Positions 45,963 to 55,101 of a stretch of DNA of 64,000 bases are shown here, piece after piece; the stretch's first letter is position 1, and every line of letters starts with the position of its first letter. Origin of the DNA: a virus. Location: positions 68,814 to 132,813 of the IMG/VR virus record IMGVR_UViG_3300035698_017305; one strand, written 5' to 3'. The notes below the pieces were generated by a model. The model was not told the DNA's origin. It worked only from the letters and a program-made list of their open reading frames with translations, and did no database searches. The position numbers and the translations under genes are program-made.

Positions 45963-46712
45963 TTACTCCTTTGGGGGCGGCCCCAGCCTCAGGGGGATGT
46001 CTATACCGAACTCCCTCTCGTTGATCATATCTACTGCCCGCATAGCTTGGTATATATCTCGATAAGACCACTTCCACTCAGGGGCAGAGTCGGGTATCTT
46101 CAACAGGAAGGCCGGGTGGTAGGTGGTAAACACCGGGTAATGAACGTAAGGCAGTATGTCTGGGTTGGTTGAGGTTATAGACGCATCATGTGGACGCCGC
46201 CGTAACTCTGATACCGGTTTACGCTTCTTAGTTAAGGCCGTAGCAGGTAAAGCCCCAAGGGATAGTATGACCATGGGGTCTACCTTCCGTATTTCATATT
46301 CCAGCCTCTTCATGCAGGCTTTTATATGTCGGGCTTGGGGGTTGGTCGGTTTACCTTGTGCGTCGGAAGGCGGTCTGCACAGCACCGCATTTGTGATATA
46401 GATAGATTCTTTCCAGCACAGGATATCCCGTATCTCGTCAGGATCTTCATAATCTATACTTTGGTCTTTGCGGTATATAGCTAGCTCAGAGCAGGCAGAG
46501 GCCATGACCAATAGGTTTGTTAGAACTTTTCCCGACATCCCCACAAATGGTCTACCTAGCCTATTCTCATCTGACCCTGGGGCTTCCCCGATGATCATGA
46601 TGTTAGCGTTGGGGTCCCCTTCCCCCAAGGCCATTCTTTTCCTGTCATCACACAAGTCACACTGTTGGCACTCCACGTAGTCAGGGTGGAGAAATCGGGT
46701 TAGTTCTTCCAT
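45963..46712 (-). CDS. Uracil-DNA glycosylase, family 4 (Fe-S type)
   Basis: CQQCDLC; IMIIGEAPG...GRPFVGMSG; TNAVLCRPP; TYHPAFLL. Confidence 0.92.
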   Translation of the reverse strand: MEELTRFLHPDYVECQQCDLCDDRKRMALGEGDPNANIMIIGEAPGSDENRLGRPFVGMSGKVLTNLLVMASACSELAIYRKDQSIDYEDPDEIRDILCWKESIYITNAVLCRPPSDAQGKPTNPQARHIKACMKRLEYEIRKVDPMVILSLGALPATALTKKRKPVSELRRRPHDASITSTNPDILPYVHYPVFTTYHPAFLLKIPDSAPEWKWSYRDIYQAMRAVDMINEREFGIDIPLRLGPPPKE

Positions 46713-46722
46713 AGGCTACCTC

Positions 46723-47088
46723 TTAGCTTACCGTATTGGGGTCCACAAGACCTATTTGGTCTACTCGTGCACTTGTCTCGTCAGCGATGCACTTCTTCAG
46801 TAAGGCCGCGATGTTGTCATAGCTGGATTTGGGTAGGTCTAGGCAATGACATACCATCTTGACGTTGTAGAACCACATGTCGGGCGGTTCAAGCATCCCC
46901 GGGACGAACGTTATCACTTGGGATATAGCCACTCCTTGTGGGGTGGGCATGGTCATTGAGATGATGGACCGTACTCCACACATCTCGAATTTCTCTGGTA
47001 CGTTCTCCCCAGTCCTGTTTATGATCTCACCAATCATCAGGCTCTTTCCGTCTGGGCTCACAATAGACAGTTTATCTAAGTCAATCAC
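46723..47088 (-). CDS. Hypothetical protein (121 aa)
   Basis: In-operon ORF with an RBS-like GAGG upstream. Confidence 0.6.
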   Translation of the reverse strand: MIDLDKLSIVSPDGKSLMIGEIINRTGENVPEKFEMCGVRSIISMTMPTPQGVAISQVITFVPGMLEPPDMWFYNVKMVCHCLDLPKSSYDNIAALLKKCIADETSARVDQIGLVDPNTVS

Positions 47089-47118
47089 GTTATCAATCCT
47101 CTTCGTTGGTGATCCGCC

Positions 47119-48510
47119 TTATGCCGGATTGTAGTTTATAGTCTCAAAGGGTATTTGGCGTATCTTCAGGTTCTCCTTCAGCTCCCTTATCATCTTCTTA
47201 CAGTGCTCAATGTTCTGGTCTACAAACACTATGATTAGGGGCTGTTTCTTCCCCTCATCGGGCCGTAGTATCCTTCCCATCGTCTGAGCCAAGGCTGTGT
47301 CGTTGCCAAATGGAGTTAAAACAAATAGTGTGTCTAGCGTGGAGGAGTCAAGTCCCCTCATGCCTATCTTGAGCGTGCTCAGTACCACCTGAGACTGCCC
47401 AAATATACGTAACCGCTCTTCTCCTTTGACTTCTTGAACTACAACACCCGCCTCGGGTATTCTCTTCTTCAACTCGAACAGTTGGTCACGGCTATGGCTG
47501 ATCCCTAGAACTCTCCTACCAGCCCCAACAGCTTCCTTTATACTGGAGGCTATCAGGTCATTCCTCTCTGGGTGCCTTCCTATCCAACCTCGTAACTTGC
47601 CGGTACTGGTGCTTCCATTACAGTCCTTCGTGAGTTTCTCGTCGGTGCTCCCACGTAGCCGTACATTAGTTTCTTGGAAGTACACCACAGGTTTCAGGTC
47701 GTACCCCACGTTGGTGTAGAAAGCTCTGCCTAGGTGGTACAGGAATATGCTCTCTAGCCCGTCTTCCCTTTTGACCGTGGCGGTCAGTCCCCACCTTCTG
47801 CCAGATCCCACATCAGCGGTTAGGCTGAACATGGGGGCAGACAGTATATCCGCTTCATCATATATTACAACTCCGTATTTTCTACCAAACCCTGGGGGTA
47901 TCCGATTCTCTCTCACTCTCCGGAAGAGGGTGTGGATGGAAGCTATTACTATCGGCTTATCCCAATCGAATGTATCCCCTTGTATCCAACCAATTTCCCC
48001 ATCAAACTTTACGAACCTTTCTATTTCTCTCTTCCACTGGCTCATCAACCCTTTTTGATCTAACACAATCATCCATGGTGCCCCCACCGCACAGGCTGCC
48101 CTGATTGATGTTGGGGTCTTACCCTTCCCACAGCCCATTTCAAGTATCCCTGACCTAGCACGCTTAGTGGCTTCATATGCCTCTTGGTGGTGGGGGAACT
48201 TGGGGTGTGGACCAATATTGCACTCAAACCGTACTCGTTCAAACTCTGTACTCACCGCTTGGTAGAAAGGAAACTTATACCTTCCATAGTCTCCCCTCGG
48301 TATAAACTCCCTGGGTACGACAAAGTGATGTGGTGTCTCTTTCCACAGCCTTAGAGGTACTTCAGGATCATCTGAAGGGAACGTCAACGCTTTTTCGATG
48401 ATGGGTTTTGGGACTCTTGCTTTCGGCAACCATAGGTTTCTGTCAACATAAGCAGCTTCTGGGCGTCTCCGCACCAGATCTACCACTCCACTTCTCTCAT
48501 GAATCTGCAT
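47119..48510 (-). CDS. Superfamily 2 helicase (UvsW/XPB-like)
   Basis: MGCGKGKT; IYDEAD; GLTATVKREDG; GMRGLDSSTLD; QTMGRILR. Confidence 0.9.
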   Translation of the reverse strand: MQIHERSGVVDLVRRRPEAAYVDRNLWLPKARVPKPIIEKALTFPSDDPEVPLRLWKETPHHFVVPREFIPRGDYGRYKFPFYQAVSTEFERVRFECNIGPHPKFPHHQEAYEATKRARSGILEMGCGKGKTPTSIRAACAVGAPWMIVLDQKGLMSQWKREIERFVKFDGEIGWIQGDTFDWDKPIVIASIHTLFRRVRENRIPPGFGRKYGVVIYDEADILSAPMFSLTADVGSGRRWGLTATVKREDGLESIFLYHLGRAFYTNVGYDLKPVVYFQETNVRLRGSTDEKLTKDCNGSTSTGKLRGWIGRHPERNDLIASSIKEAVGAGRRVLGISHSRDQLFELKKRIPEAGVVVQEVKGEERLRIFGQSQVVLSTLKIGMRGLDSSTLDTLFVLTPFGNDTALAQTMGRILRPDEGKKQPLIIVFVDQNIEHCKKMIRELKENLKIRQIPFETINYNPA

Positions 48511-48815
48511 AGTTCCACCGTTACCGCTTCACCCATAGCCAAGCTGATGTTCTTAGCGAGTCGGGTTGTTTGGGTTTCCCCTTCACTGGGTTGGATTGGC
48601 CTGTTAGTAGATGGGCCCATACTACCACGAACTGGGGAGGTTACAGAGGAAGAAGTCGTTGATTTTCGCCTAGATGTAGGGTTTGGGGTTGAGTACCCTT
48701 GTGACGACCTTCTGACCATTTCGTCGTAACAAGAGCGTCTGTGGGGACATGCCGTACACTCTGGAGTACCGCCTTCGTACTCAGTGCCCCAGCAATCCGG
48801 CCTGAATCCTGACAT
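48480..48815 (-). CDS. Small Cys-rich protein, first gene of the leftward operon
   Basis: CWG...ECTACPHRRSC; AAGGAG RBS. Confidence 0.65.
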   Translation of the reverse strand: MSGFRPDCWGTEYEGGTPECTACPHRRSCYDEMVRRSSQGYSTPNPTSRRKSTTSSSVTSPVRGSMGPSTNRPIQPSEGETQTTRLAKNISLAMGEAVTVELCRFMREVEW

Positions 48816-48840
48816 GTTATAATCTCCTTCTAAGATAATT

Positions 48841-48861
48841 GGTTTCCTTATAGCGGAAACC
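48841..48861. promoter_or_regulatory. Perfect 7-bp inverted repeat GGTTTCC-TTATAGC-GGAAACC in the divergent intergenic region
   Basis: Read directly from the sequence; lies between the leftward replication operon and the rightward head operon. Confidence 0.5.
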
Positions 48862-48876
48862 CACTGGCCTTTTCGC

Positions 48877-48906
48877 TTGACTGTACGGGTATAGGAACGG
48901 TAGACT
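48877..48906 (+). promoter_or_regulatory. Possible sigma70-type promoter TTGACT-N18-TAGACT
   Basis: Near-consensus -35 and TAnnnT -10, about 40 nt upstream of ORF 48947. Confidence 0.35.
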
Positions 48907-48946
48907 CAAAGCTGCGAATGCCTCAAATATAAAGGGAAAGGAGTCC

Positions 48947-50620
48947 TTGATGGACCTATATGATGACTACTCTGGAAGCGAGCTTCGGGACATGTTCTCC
49001 GGGCCGGATGATATCCCCGAATTCGTAAAGCAAGGATCGGTTCTTTCTTCACAAGAATTGACCCATCTCCCCAACGAAGATTTTGCACTAATCACTGTAG
49101 ATGAAGCCCGTGCCAAGGTTATGCGTAAGTTTGCCTGTACGGACCCAGCTACCACTGCGCTCCAAACCCTATACTTCATGAGAAACAAGGAAGGGTTATC
49201 CAAGGAGGCGCAATCCATAGCTGCGGCCAACCTAGTCAGGCTTTGTGGTAAGCATGGACTGGATGTGCCAGAGGATCTCGTGAAGGTAGCGTACACCGCA
49301 CCTCTTGAGCAGATCTGGAATCCAGAACTACTACAAGACCCTCAGATTCAGCAAGCCCTCATGGAAGGTCTCATGGGTATGGCCAAATCCCTGGGTAAGA
49401 AAGACCCATCCGAAATCGCGCCCCCAGAGCATGAGGCATTTATGGGGTCGCCGAAAGCTCATGAGACCATCTTTAAGGCCCTCCCCCGTCTGTTTGGAAC
49501 GCCCGAAGAACAGGCGGAAGCCCAGGGACAAGGCCAGCAACAGGCGGGAATGGGATCCGGGGGTGCTGCTCAAGGCGGTGCTCCCGCCCCAGCTTCCCCT
49601 CCTGGACAAGAACAAGGTGGAGGTGCTCCCCCGGCTATGGGTGGAGGTGCCCCAGGAGGTATGCCAGCGGGTGGTGGAGGTGCTCCGCCCCCAGCAGGTC
49701 CAATGAGTATGAGCCCAGGGCCTACTAAGCTTTCCTCACTCCAACAGGTGTTGGCACAGGAGTTCCTAGTGAAGACCGCTGGGGAAGAAGGCCCGGCAAA
49801 AACCAGTACCTCTGTAGTAGAGAAGGTGTTGGCAGAGATAAGTACTAAGAGAGGGAAGAAAGTCCAACCTGAAAATCTAAAGCCTGAGGAGAACAAGATC
49901 AAGGTCTTGGACAGGCAGAGTAACATTTTGGTTGTTGGCCCACCGAAGCAGCTTCCTGAACCAGAAGAAAAACGAAAGGTGGCTGCTGAGCATATACTAT
50001 TGGGTAGATACCCTGTAGAGACATATGCTGACCTGGAAAAGGCCGCCAGCTACTTTGAAGAGTACTGGGACAAGTTCTCACCTTCAGACCGACGTTCCTA
50101 CGCTCAGGGACTGGTAAAAAGGGCCAGTGCGTTGCTAAGGCCGATTAGCACACCACTTACCTTAAAGTACGCGTCTGTTGATTGGGACCCCGACTTCCCC
50201 ATGGCTATTGACCAAAGAAAGTCATGGCTGGGCGAAGGAGAATTCGAAAGATACGACACTTTGATCAAGGAAGCCTATGCTGGCGATGTCTCACCAGATG
50301 AGTTTGCCGGTTTCTTAGGACAACTTGATGAAGATACCGGATTGGACCGATTGTGGGACTCCAAGATCTACGACCCCGTAGCTTCTACTGTAGGTTTCGA
50401 CAAGACGGCAGAGGAAACGTGGAGTTACACAATGGGCAATGACTATATCAATGCCGATCAACTGCATGGGTTGGCGGTGGCTGATAACAGGGAGGCTCTG
50501 CTCAAATTGTTTCCTGAGTCGGTTGTAGACGGGTTTATCAAATCACCTACTAAAGCCTTCGATACTTTCCCAGCGGATGTGAAGAGGGTATTCATGAGAA
50601 TGGCAAGTGAGCGTGGTTAA
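48947..50620 (+). CDS. Putative prohead core/scaffold-type protein with 10 K-x-A motifs and a Gly/Pro/Gln-rich linker
   Basis: AAAGGAG RBS; located upstream of the portal; motifs KFA, KEA, KVA, KTA, KVA, KAA, KRA, KYA, KEA, KTA. Confidence 0.5.
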   Translation: MMDLYDDYSGSELRDMFSGPDDIPEFVKQGSVLSSQELTHLPNEDFALITVDEARAKVMRKFACTDPATTALQTLYFMRNKEGLSKEAQSIAAANLVRLCGKHGLDVPEDLVKVAYTAPLEQIWNPELLQDPQIQQALMEGLMGMAKSLGKKDPSEIAPPEHEAFMGSPKAHETIFKALPRLFGTPEEQAEAQGQGQQQAGMGSGGAAQGGAPAPASPPGQEQGGGAPPAMGGGAPGGMPAGGGGAPPPAGPMSMSPGPTKLSSLQQVLAQEFLVKTAGEEGPAKTSTSVVEKVLAEISTKRGKKVQPENLKPEENKIKVLDRQSNILVVGPPKQLPEPEEKRKVAAEHILLGRYPVETYADLEKAASYFEEYWDKFSPSDRRSYAQGLVKRASALLRPISTPLTLKYASVDWDPDFPMAIDQRKSWLGEGEFERYDTLIKEAYAGDVSPDEFAGFLGQLDEDTGLDRLWDSKIYDPVASTVGFDKTAEETWSYTMGNDYINADQLHGLAVADNREALLKLFPESVVDGFIKSPTKAFDTFPADVKRVFMRMASERG

Positions 50621-51546
50621 TGCCAGAACCACAACAGATCCAGGAACTTCTCCAGGAGATTGAGGGAGGGGACATTCTACATGCCCCTTCGGAAGAAACC
50701 ATCATAGACCTGGAGACAGCTAAGGGTGCACCCATAACGGTCAAGAATCTATTTGACCATCATGATGCACATCCTATAGCTTTGTACATTCTGACCAGCA
50801 TTAAGTTTGGGGCAGACTGGGTAAACTGGCCTGCTAAGGTAGTGTTCTCTGAGATACAGCGTGTGTTTAGGCGTACTGTGTCACGGAATAACCGGGAAAA
50901 GCTCAATGCTATTAGAGTGTTACACTCCACTAAGGACTTCTGGCAAGAGTGGGAAGTCTTCTCTGCCATCACTCAAGCACTGAACAATAACATCGTTAGC
51001 TTTAATGTGCTTACCCGCCCCACCATAGCTCAGATGATGAATGCAGTGGAGCAAGCAGGAAGCATCAAAAAGACGGAGTACGCCTCTGAGGTAGTAGACT
51101 TCATAGCTGCCGTATTTATTGACGAGCCTGTATTCTATGCCCCTGAACCCCTAGACTTCGTACAAAGAAGGATTGTGGAAGCGGTGGCTAAGGTAAAATG
51201 CGGTGATTGTGGTGCTAAGTTTGAACCTCACGGTATAGTTGAGGGCAGGTGCCCTATGTGTACCGGTGCTTTCAGGGATGAGAAGCCACTAAACTTTAAA
51301 CCTGATAAAGACGCACCAGACAATGTGGGACGCAACCTAACATTGGAGATGCCTTACCCCGTAGAGACGATTAAGGACAAGTACGAAACGGTCAGTAAAC
51401 AGGCTTCAAATGAGGCGGTGCTAGCCCCAGACAAGATAGAGGACATTCAATCGGCTAAGCTGCTGATTGCCAGGGACTACGTTAATCTCAGACGCGCCCA
51501 GCTCAACAGGCAAGTGCGCCTGATCAGGGAAGCTCACATAGCATGA
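50620..51546 (+). CDS. Hypothetical head-region protein with a Zn ribbon
   Basis: CGDCG...CPMC; TAATG coupling. Confidence 0.6.
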   Translation: MPEPQQIQELLQEIEGGDILHAPSEETIIDLETAKGAPITVKNLFDHHDAHPIALYILTSIKFGADWVNWPAKVVFSEIQRVFRRTVSRNNREKLNAIRVLHSTKDFWQEWEVFSAITQALNNNIVSFNVLTRPTIAQMMNAVEQAGSIKKTEYASEVVDFIAAVFIDEPVFYAPEPLDFVQRRIVEAVAKVKCGDCGAKFEPHGIVEGRCPMCTGAFRDEKPLNFKPDKDAPDNVGRNLTLEMPYPVETIKDKYETVSKQASNEAVLAPDKIEDIQSAKLLIARDYVNLRRAQLNRQVRLIREAHIA

Positions 51547-52304
51547 ATGACACCGCCTCTTTTTTAGCAGAGCACGACTCCATAGCTAAGGAGGCCGGTG
51601 TGCTTACCTCTGGTATTAAGTTTATACCGAAGATAGTTAAGTATTTAGGCTTAACCGCTAAACAGACACTATCTACTTCCGGTAAGCTGCTTACATCCCC
51701 TAAGAAAACGGTGGGGGCAGGTTGGAAATCTATGAGCGGATCCCACCAGTACACCAAGAATTTAGAGGGGTTCGACTCTAGAATAGCTGAGATGGCTAGA
51801 GGGTCTGCCCGTAAGACTGAGGTTCTAAAGAAAAAGCAGTTCTTAGCTAAGTCTAAGCATATGAGCCAGAAGTCTAGGAGCCTTGGTGGTTCGTGGAATA
51901 AGGGGGGCTTTGATGGGTTAGCCAGTGAACTGTCCCGTAGGGGTTGGACTGGTAGCACCAAGAACACCAAGTTCATACCATGGGGTCAGAAATCATGGGT
52001 AGTGGGGTTTGCGCCTATGTCTGCCCAAACTGTAATGTCAGGGGATAAAGAGCTACCGAAGCACTTACGTAGAGGCCCACTTGAGAGGCTAGGGTCTGAA
52101 ATTGGGAGTACCGCAGGATTTGTTGCTGGCTTCCCACTCAGTATAGGTGGTAGTATCGGGGCATCAATGGCAGCGGGAAAAGGGGCAGGGTCTGTGGGTA
52201 AGCTGGTTGATGAAGCTTTCGGAATGGGTAAGAAGCCTATGGAATACATGTCTGGTCCAAGACCACCTGCGGTGCCCAGGCCCCCAACAACATATGGAAT
52301 ATAA
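51543..52304 (+). CDS. Leader-family protein (SFLAEHDSIAKEA), basic, with a C-terminal Gly-zipper helix; candidate internal virion protein
   Basis: Shared leader; IGSTAGFVAGFPLSIGGSIGASMAAG; directly upstream of the portal. Confidence 0.7.
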   Translation: MNDTASFLAEHDSIAKEAGVLTSGIKFIPKIVKYLGLTAKQTLSTSGKLLTSPKKTVGAGWKSMSGSHQYTKNLEGFDSRIAEMARGSARKTEVLKKKQFLAKSKHMSQKSRSLGGSWNKGGFDGLASELSRRGWTGSTKNTKFIPWGQKSWVVGFAPMSAQTVMSGDKELPKHLRRGPLERLGSEIGSTAGFVAGFPLSIGGSIGASMAAGKGAGSVGKLVDEAFGMGKKPMEYMSGPRPPAVPRPPTTYGI

Positions 52305-52307
52305 TTA

Positions 52308-54353
52308 ATGTCGTGGACTGTAGCACAAAACACAGGGAATGATAAATACCTCAGTAATATAGGTGCGTCCGGAGGGGGCCAACTAACACGTAAAGGTATG
52401 TACCCATCCCCATTCTTTGACATCGCCCAGACGTATCTGCCACATACCGTTAAGAGTATGTTCAAGTGGTGCAGGTACTACTACATGGTGAACCCGGTTA
52501 TCAACGCTTCTATCACTAAGCTGGCGTCGTACCCGGTTAGACCTCTCACATACAAAACAACAGATAAGCAGCTCAAGGAAATGTACCAGGAGCTGGCGGA
52601 AGTGCAGTTGAAGATCAGGTCATTCCTGGTGGATGTAGGGTTAGACTACTACACATATGGCAACGCGTTCATATCTGTAGAGTACCCATTCAAGAAGCAC
52701 TTGAAATGTAAGAAGTGCGGCAAGCTGTTCCCCATCCGGGAAGTGAAGTACAGGTTCCGTGGTATGAAGTACTACATGAACTGCCCGGACTGTAGTACCT
52801 ACGAGCAAGAATCTGACGTAGTAGATGTTAACGTGAAGTCTGTGAGAGACATCAAGTTGGTCCGCTGGAACCCAGAGGATATGAATGTTGACCACAACTA
52901 CGCCACTCTGCAAACTACATACTCATATAACATCCAGCAGTCCGTCAAAAATGACATTATGATGGGCAAAAAGAAGGTTATTGAGAATGTACCGCACTAC
53001 TACGTTGAAGCCGTCAGGAAGCAAAAGTCCATCGTGTTCAATGATAATGCGATCTACCACTTCCAACGGGGGATCATCAGCCAGAAGAATCGTGGATGGG
53101 GTATGCCAATCATGCTCCCTGTGCTCAAGAATGCGTTTTACCTCCAAATACTCCAAAAGGGGCAAGAGGCCATAGCGATGGAGCACATCGTTCCTATGAG
53201 AGCGTTGTTCCCACAGGCGGCTGATCCTTTGAGTTCCCCGGTAGCTAACGTTAACCTGTATGAGTGGCGGGAGAGAATGAACGAAGAGATCTCTAAGTGG
53301 AGGCAGGATGGTAACTACATACCTATCCTTCCGTTCCCTGTTGGGCACCAAATCATTGGGGGTACTGGCCGGGCACTGATGCTACACCAAGAGATAAAAC
53401 AGTGGCTGGAACAGATAGTCATCGGTATGTCTCTACCACTTGAATTCGTGTTTGGTGGTATGTCATACACAGGGTCTAATGTATCCATGCGGGTACTTGA
53501 GAATGACTTCATCAGATACATCGAAGATCTGCGGGGGGTACTCCGGTTCATATTCAAGAACATAGCCACCTACATGGGGTGGACTTATGTAAAGATAGAC
53601 TTCCAGCCCTTTAAGATGGCGGACGATCTACAGAGGTCAGCCTTTAAGCTCCAGATGTCACAAGCCGGAATGTTCCCGGAACGTTGGCTCATGGAGGACA
53701 TTGATGTTGACCCTGATGACGCTTACGAAGTAATGGCTCAAGAGTCTCAACGTAAGATGGATCAGCAGAAGAAACAGCAGATCGCTATGGCTGATGCTCA
53801 GGGCGAGGCCCAGGCGCGCATGATGCGTTACCAGACCAAAGCCCAGATGGAGCAGTTCCAGAATCAACAACGAGGACAGCCTGCGTCTACATCTCAGGAG
53901 TTGGGACCACCCAATGCGGGTACTACTGGGGCTGACCCCCCAGCTAGCTTGCCAGCAAATGGGCCACCGCCGCCACAGCAGCAACAACAGCAACAGCAGA
54001 ATTCTGCCATGGGGCTACCGGCTGAGACTAAGCTGTACCCAGAAAATGCTCAGAAGCAGCCAGAGAGTGGAGTTCCAAAAGGTGTGCAGTCTCCACTAGC
54101 AGGTACCAATATGGGGTCGGGTGGAGGATTCGATGTTATGTACGTAGCTAAAAAAGCAGCTCATGCTTTAATGAATATGGACCCGACTAGTCGGTACTCC
54201 AAGCTGAATGAGCTGCGTTTTTCTAACCCTCAGATACACGGACTGGTGACCCAGTTCATGCAAGAGGGGCAAGGAAGCCAAGTAGACACTATGGATATAG
54301 CTATGCCTAATCAGAAGCCTCCTCGTAGGCCCTCTAACAAAGCTGTAGGTTAA
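52308..54353 (+). CDS. Portal protein with a Zn-ribbon insertion and a Gln/Pro-rich C-terminal tail
   Basis: NPVINASITKLASYPV; DYYTYGNAFI; IYHF...GWGMPIMLPVL...GQEAI; IVIGMSLPLEFV are portal-type patterns. Confidence 0.85.
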   Translation: MSWTVAQNTGNDKYLSNIGASGGGQLTRKGMYPSPFFDIAQTYLPHTVKSMFKWCRYYYMVNPVINASITKLASYPVRPLTYKTTDKQLKEMYQELAEVQLKIRSFLVDVGLDYYTYGNAFISVEYPFKKHLKCKKCGKLFPIREVKYRFRGMKYYMNCPDCSTYEQESDVVDVNVKSVRDIKLVRWNPEDMNVDHNYATLQTTYSYNIQQSVKNDIMMGKKKVIENVPHYYVEAVRKQKSIVFNDNAIYHFQRGIISQKNRGWGMPIMLPVLKNAFYLQILQKGQEAIAMEHIVPMRALFPQAADPLSSPVANVNLYEWRERMNEEISKWRQDGNYIPILPFPVGHQIIGGTGRALMLHQEIKQWLEQIVIGMSLPLEFVFGGMSYTGSNVSMRVLENDFIRYIEDLRGVLRFIFKNIATYMGWTYVKIDFQPFKMADDLQRSAFKLQMSQAGMFPERWLMEDIDVDPDDAYEVMAQESQRKMDQQKKQQIAMADAQGEAQARMMRYQTKAQMEQFQNQQRGQPASTSQELGPPNAGTTGADPPASLPANGPPPPQQQQQQQQNSAMGLPAETKLYPENAQKQPESGVPKGVQSPLAGTNMGSGGGFDVMYVAKKAAHALMNMDPTSRYSKLNELRFSNPQIHGLVTQFMQEGQGSQVDTMDIAMPNQKPPRRPSNKAVG

Positions 54354-54787
54354 GTGACGTGAATGTCCATATCGAGGGCGGCTAGTCCGGCCTTCTCTAC
54401 TATACAATCGAGGTGAGTGATCTTGAGTTCTTCTCCGTCCCTAAATTCGTACTCTTGGTCATTCACAAAGGCTGTGTTTGACTTGTCACCCAACTCAACT
54501 ACGGCGGCCCTGGCACCAATGAACACTTCATCCATGTCAACTTCGTCACAACAGGACGAGCATGAGTGGTGTAGGGCGCTGTCTTCCTCATCGAAGCATC
54601 CATCTAGGCAGTGCTCATGAATAAACTTTGCACTGCTGCCATCTTCGAAGTCGTCACTGCCCCAGTGGATGAAGTATTCCTTAGACTTCTTCCCCCACTG
54701 GAACGTGCTCATCTTCAGGACCAGGAGGAACGTCCCCAGTTTGATCTCCTCCCCGCACATCGCGCACATTATCGTCATCGTATGCAC
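54350..54787 (-). CDS. Double Zn-finger protein (CxxC...HxxC twice), antisense
   Basis: CAMC...HEHC and CSSC...HLDC; its stop shares the TTAA at 54350-54353 with the portal stop. Confidence 0.65.
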   Translation of the reverse strand: MHTMTIMCAMCGEEIKLGTFLLVLKMSTFQWGKKSKEYFIHWGSDDFEDGSSAKFIHEHCLDGCFDEEDSALHHSCSSCCDEVDMDEVFIGARAAVVELGDKSNTAFVNDQEYEFRDGEELKITHLDCIVEKAGLAALDMDIHVT

Positions 54788-54935
54788 CCTCCCGTTGAAG
54801 GACTATGGAGTAACGCCCACAGCCATCGCACTCACCAGCTATCCACCCGGGGGTTGGGCGGTGAATGCACAGTGGGCATAAGTAGTTGTCAGACATTATC
54901 ATTCCCCCAAAAGGAGGAGTTCGTGGCTTGCCCAC
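54681..54935 (-). CDS. Small Zn-ribbon protein; start uncertain (possibly 54896)
   Basis: CPLC...CDGC; its tail overlaps the next gene. Confidence 0.4.
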   Translation of the reverse strand: MGKPRTPPFGGMIMSDNYLCPLCIHRPTPGWIAGECDGCGRYSIVLQREGAYDDDNVRDVRGGDQTGDVPPGPEDEHVPVGEEV

Positions 54936-55034
54936 TCAGTTACAAAAGCCAAGAACCCCATCAACCACGCCGTCATGAATAACCGAATCATAATGCAACT
55001 CCTGTGTGTTTGGAGTCTTATGTCAGATAATACG

Positions 55035-55064
55035 TTGACAGTTAGGCCCAATTATAAGTATGAT
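55035..55064 (+). promoter_or_regulatory. Host sigma70-type promoter TTGACA-N18-TATGAT upstream of the RNA polymerase gene
   Basis: Perfect -35 hexamer and 5/6 -10 hexamer ending 38 nt before ATG 55102, in an AT-rich gap. Confidence 0.65.
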
Positions 55065-55101
55065 TTAGACAGCCAAATACGATTCCAGAGGGATAATAAA
55101 C

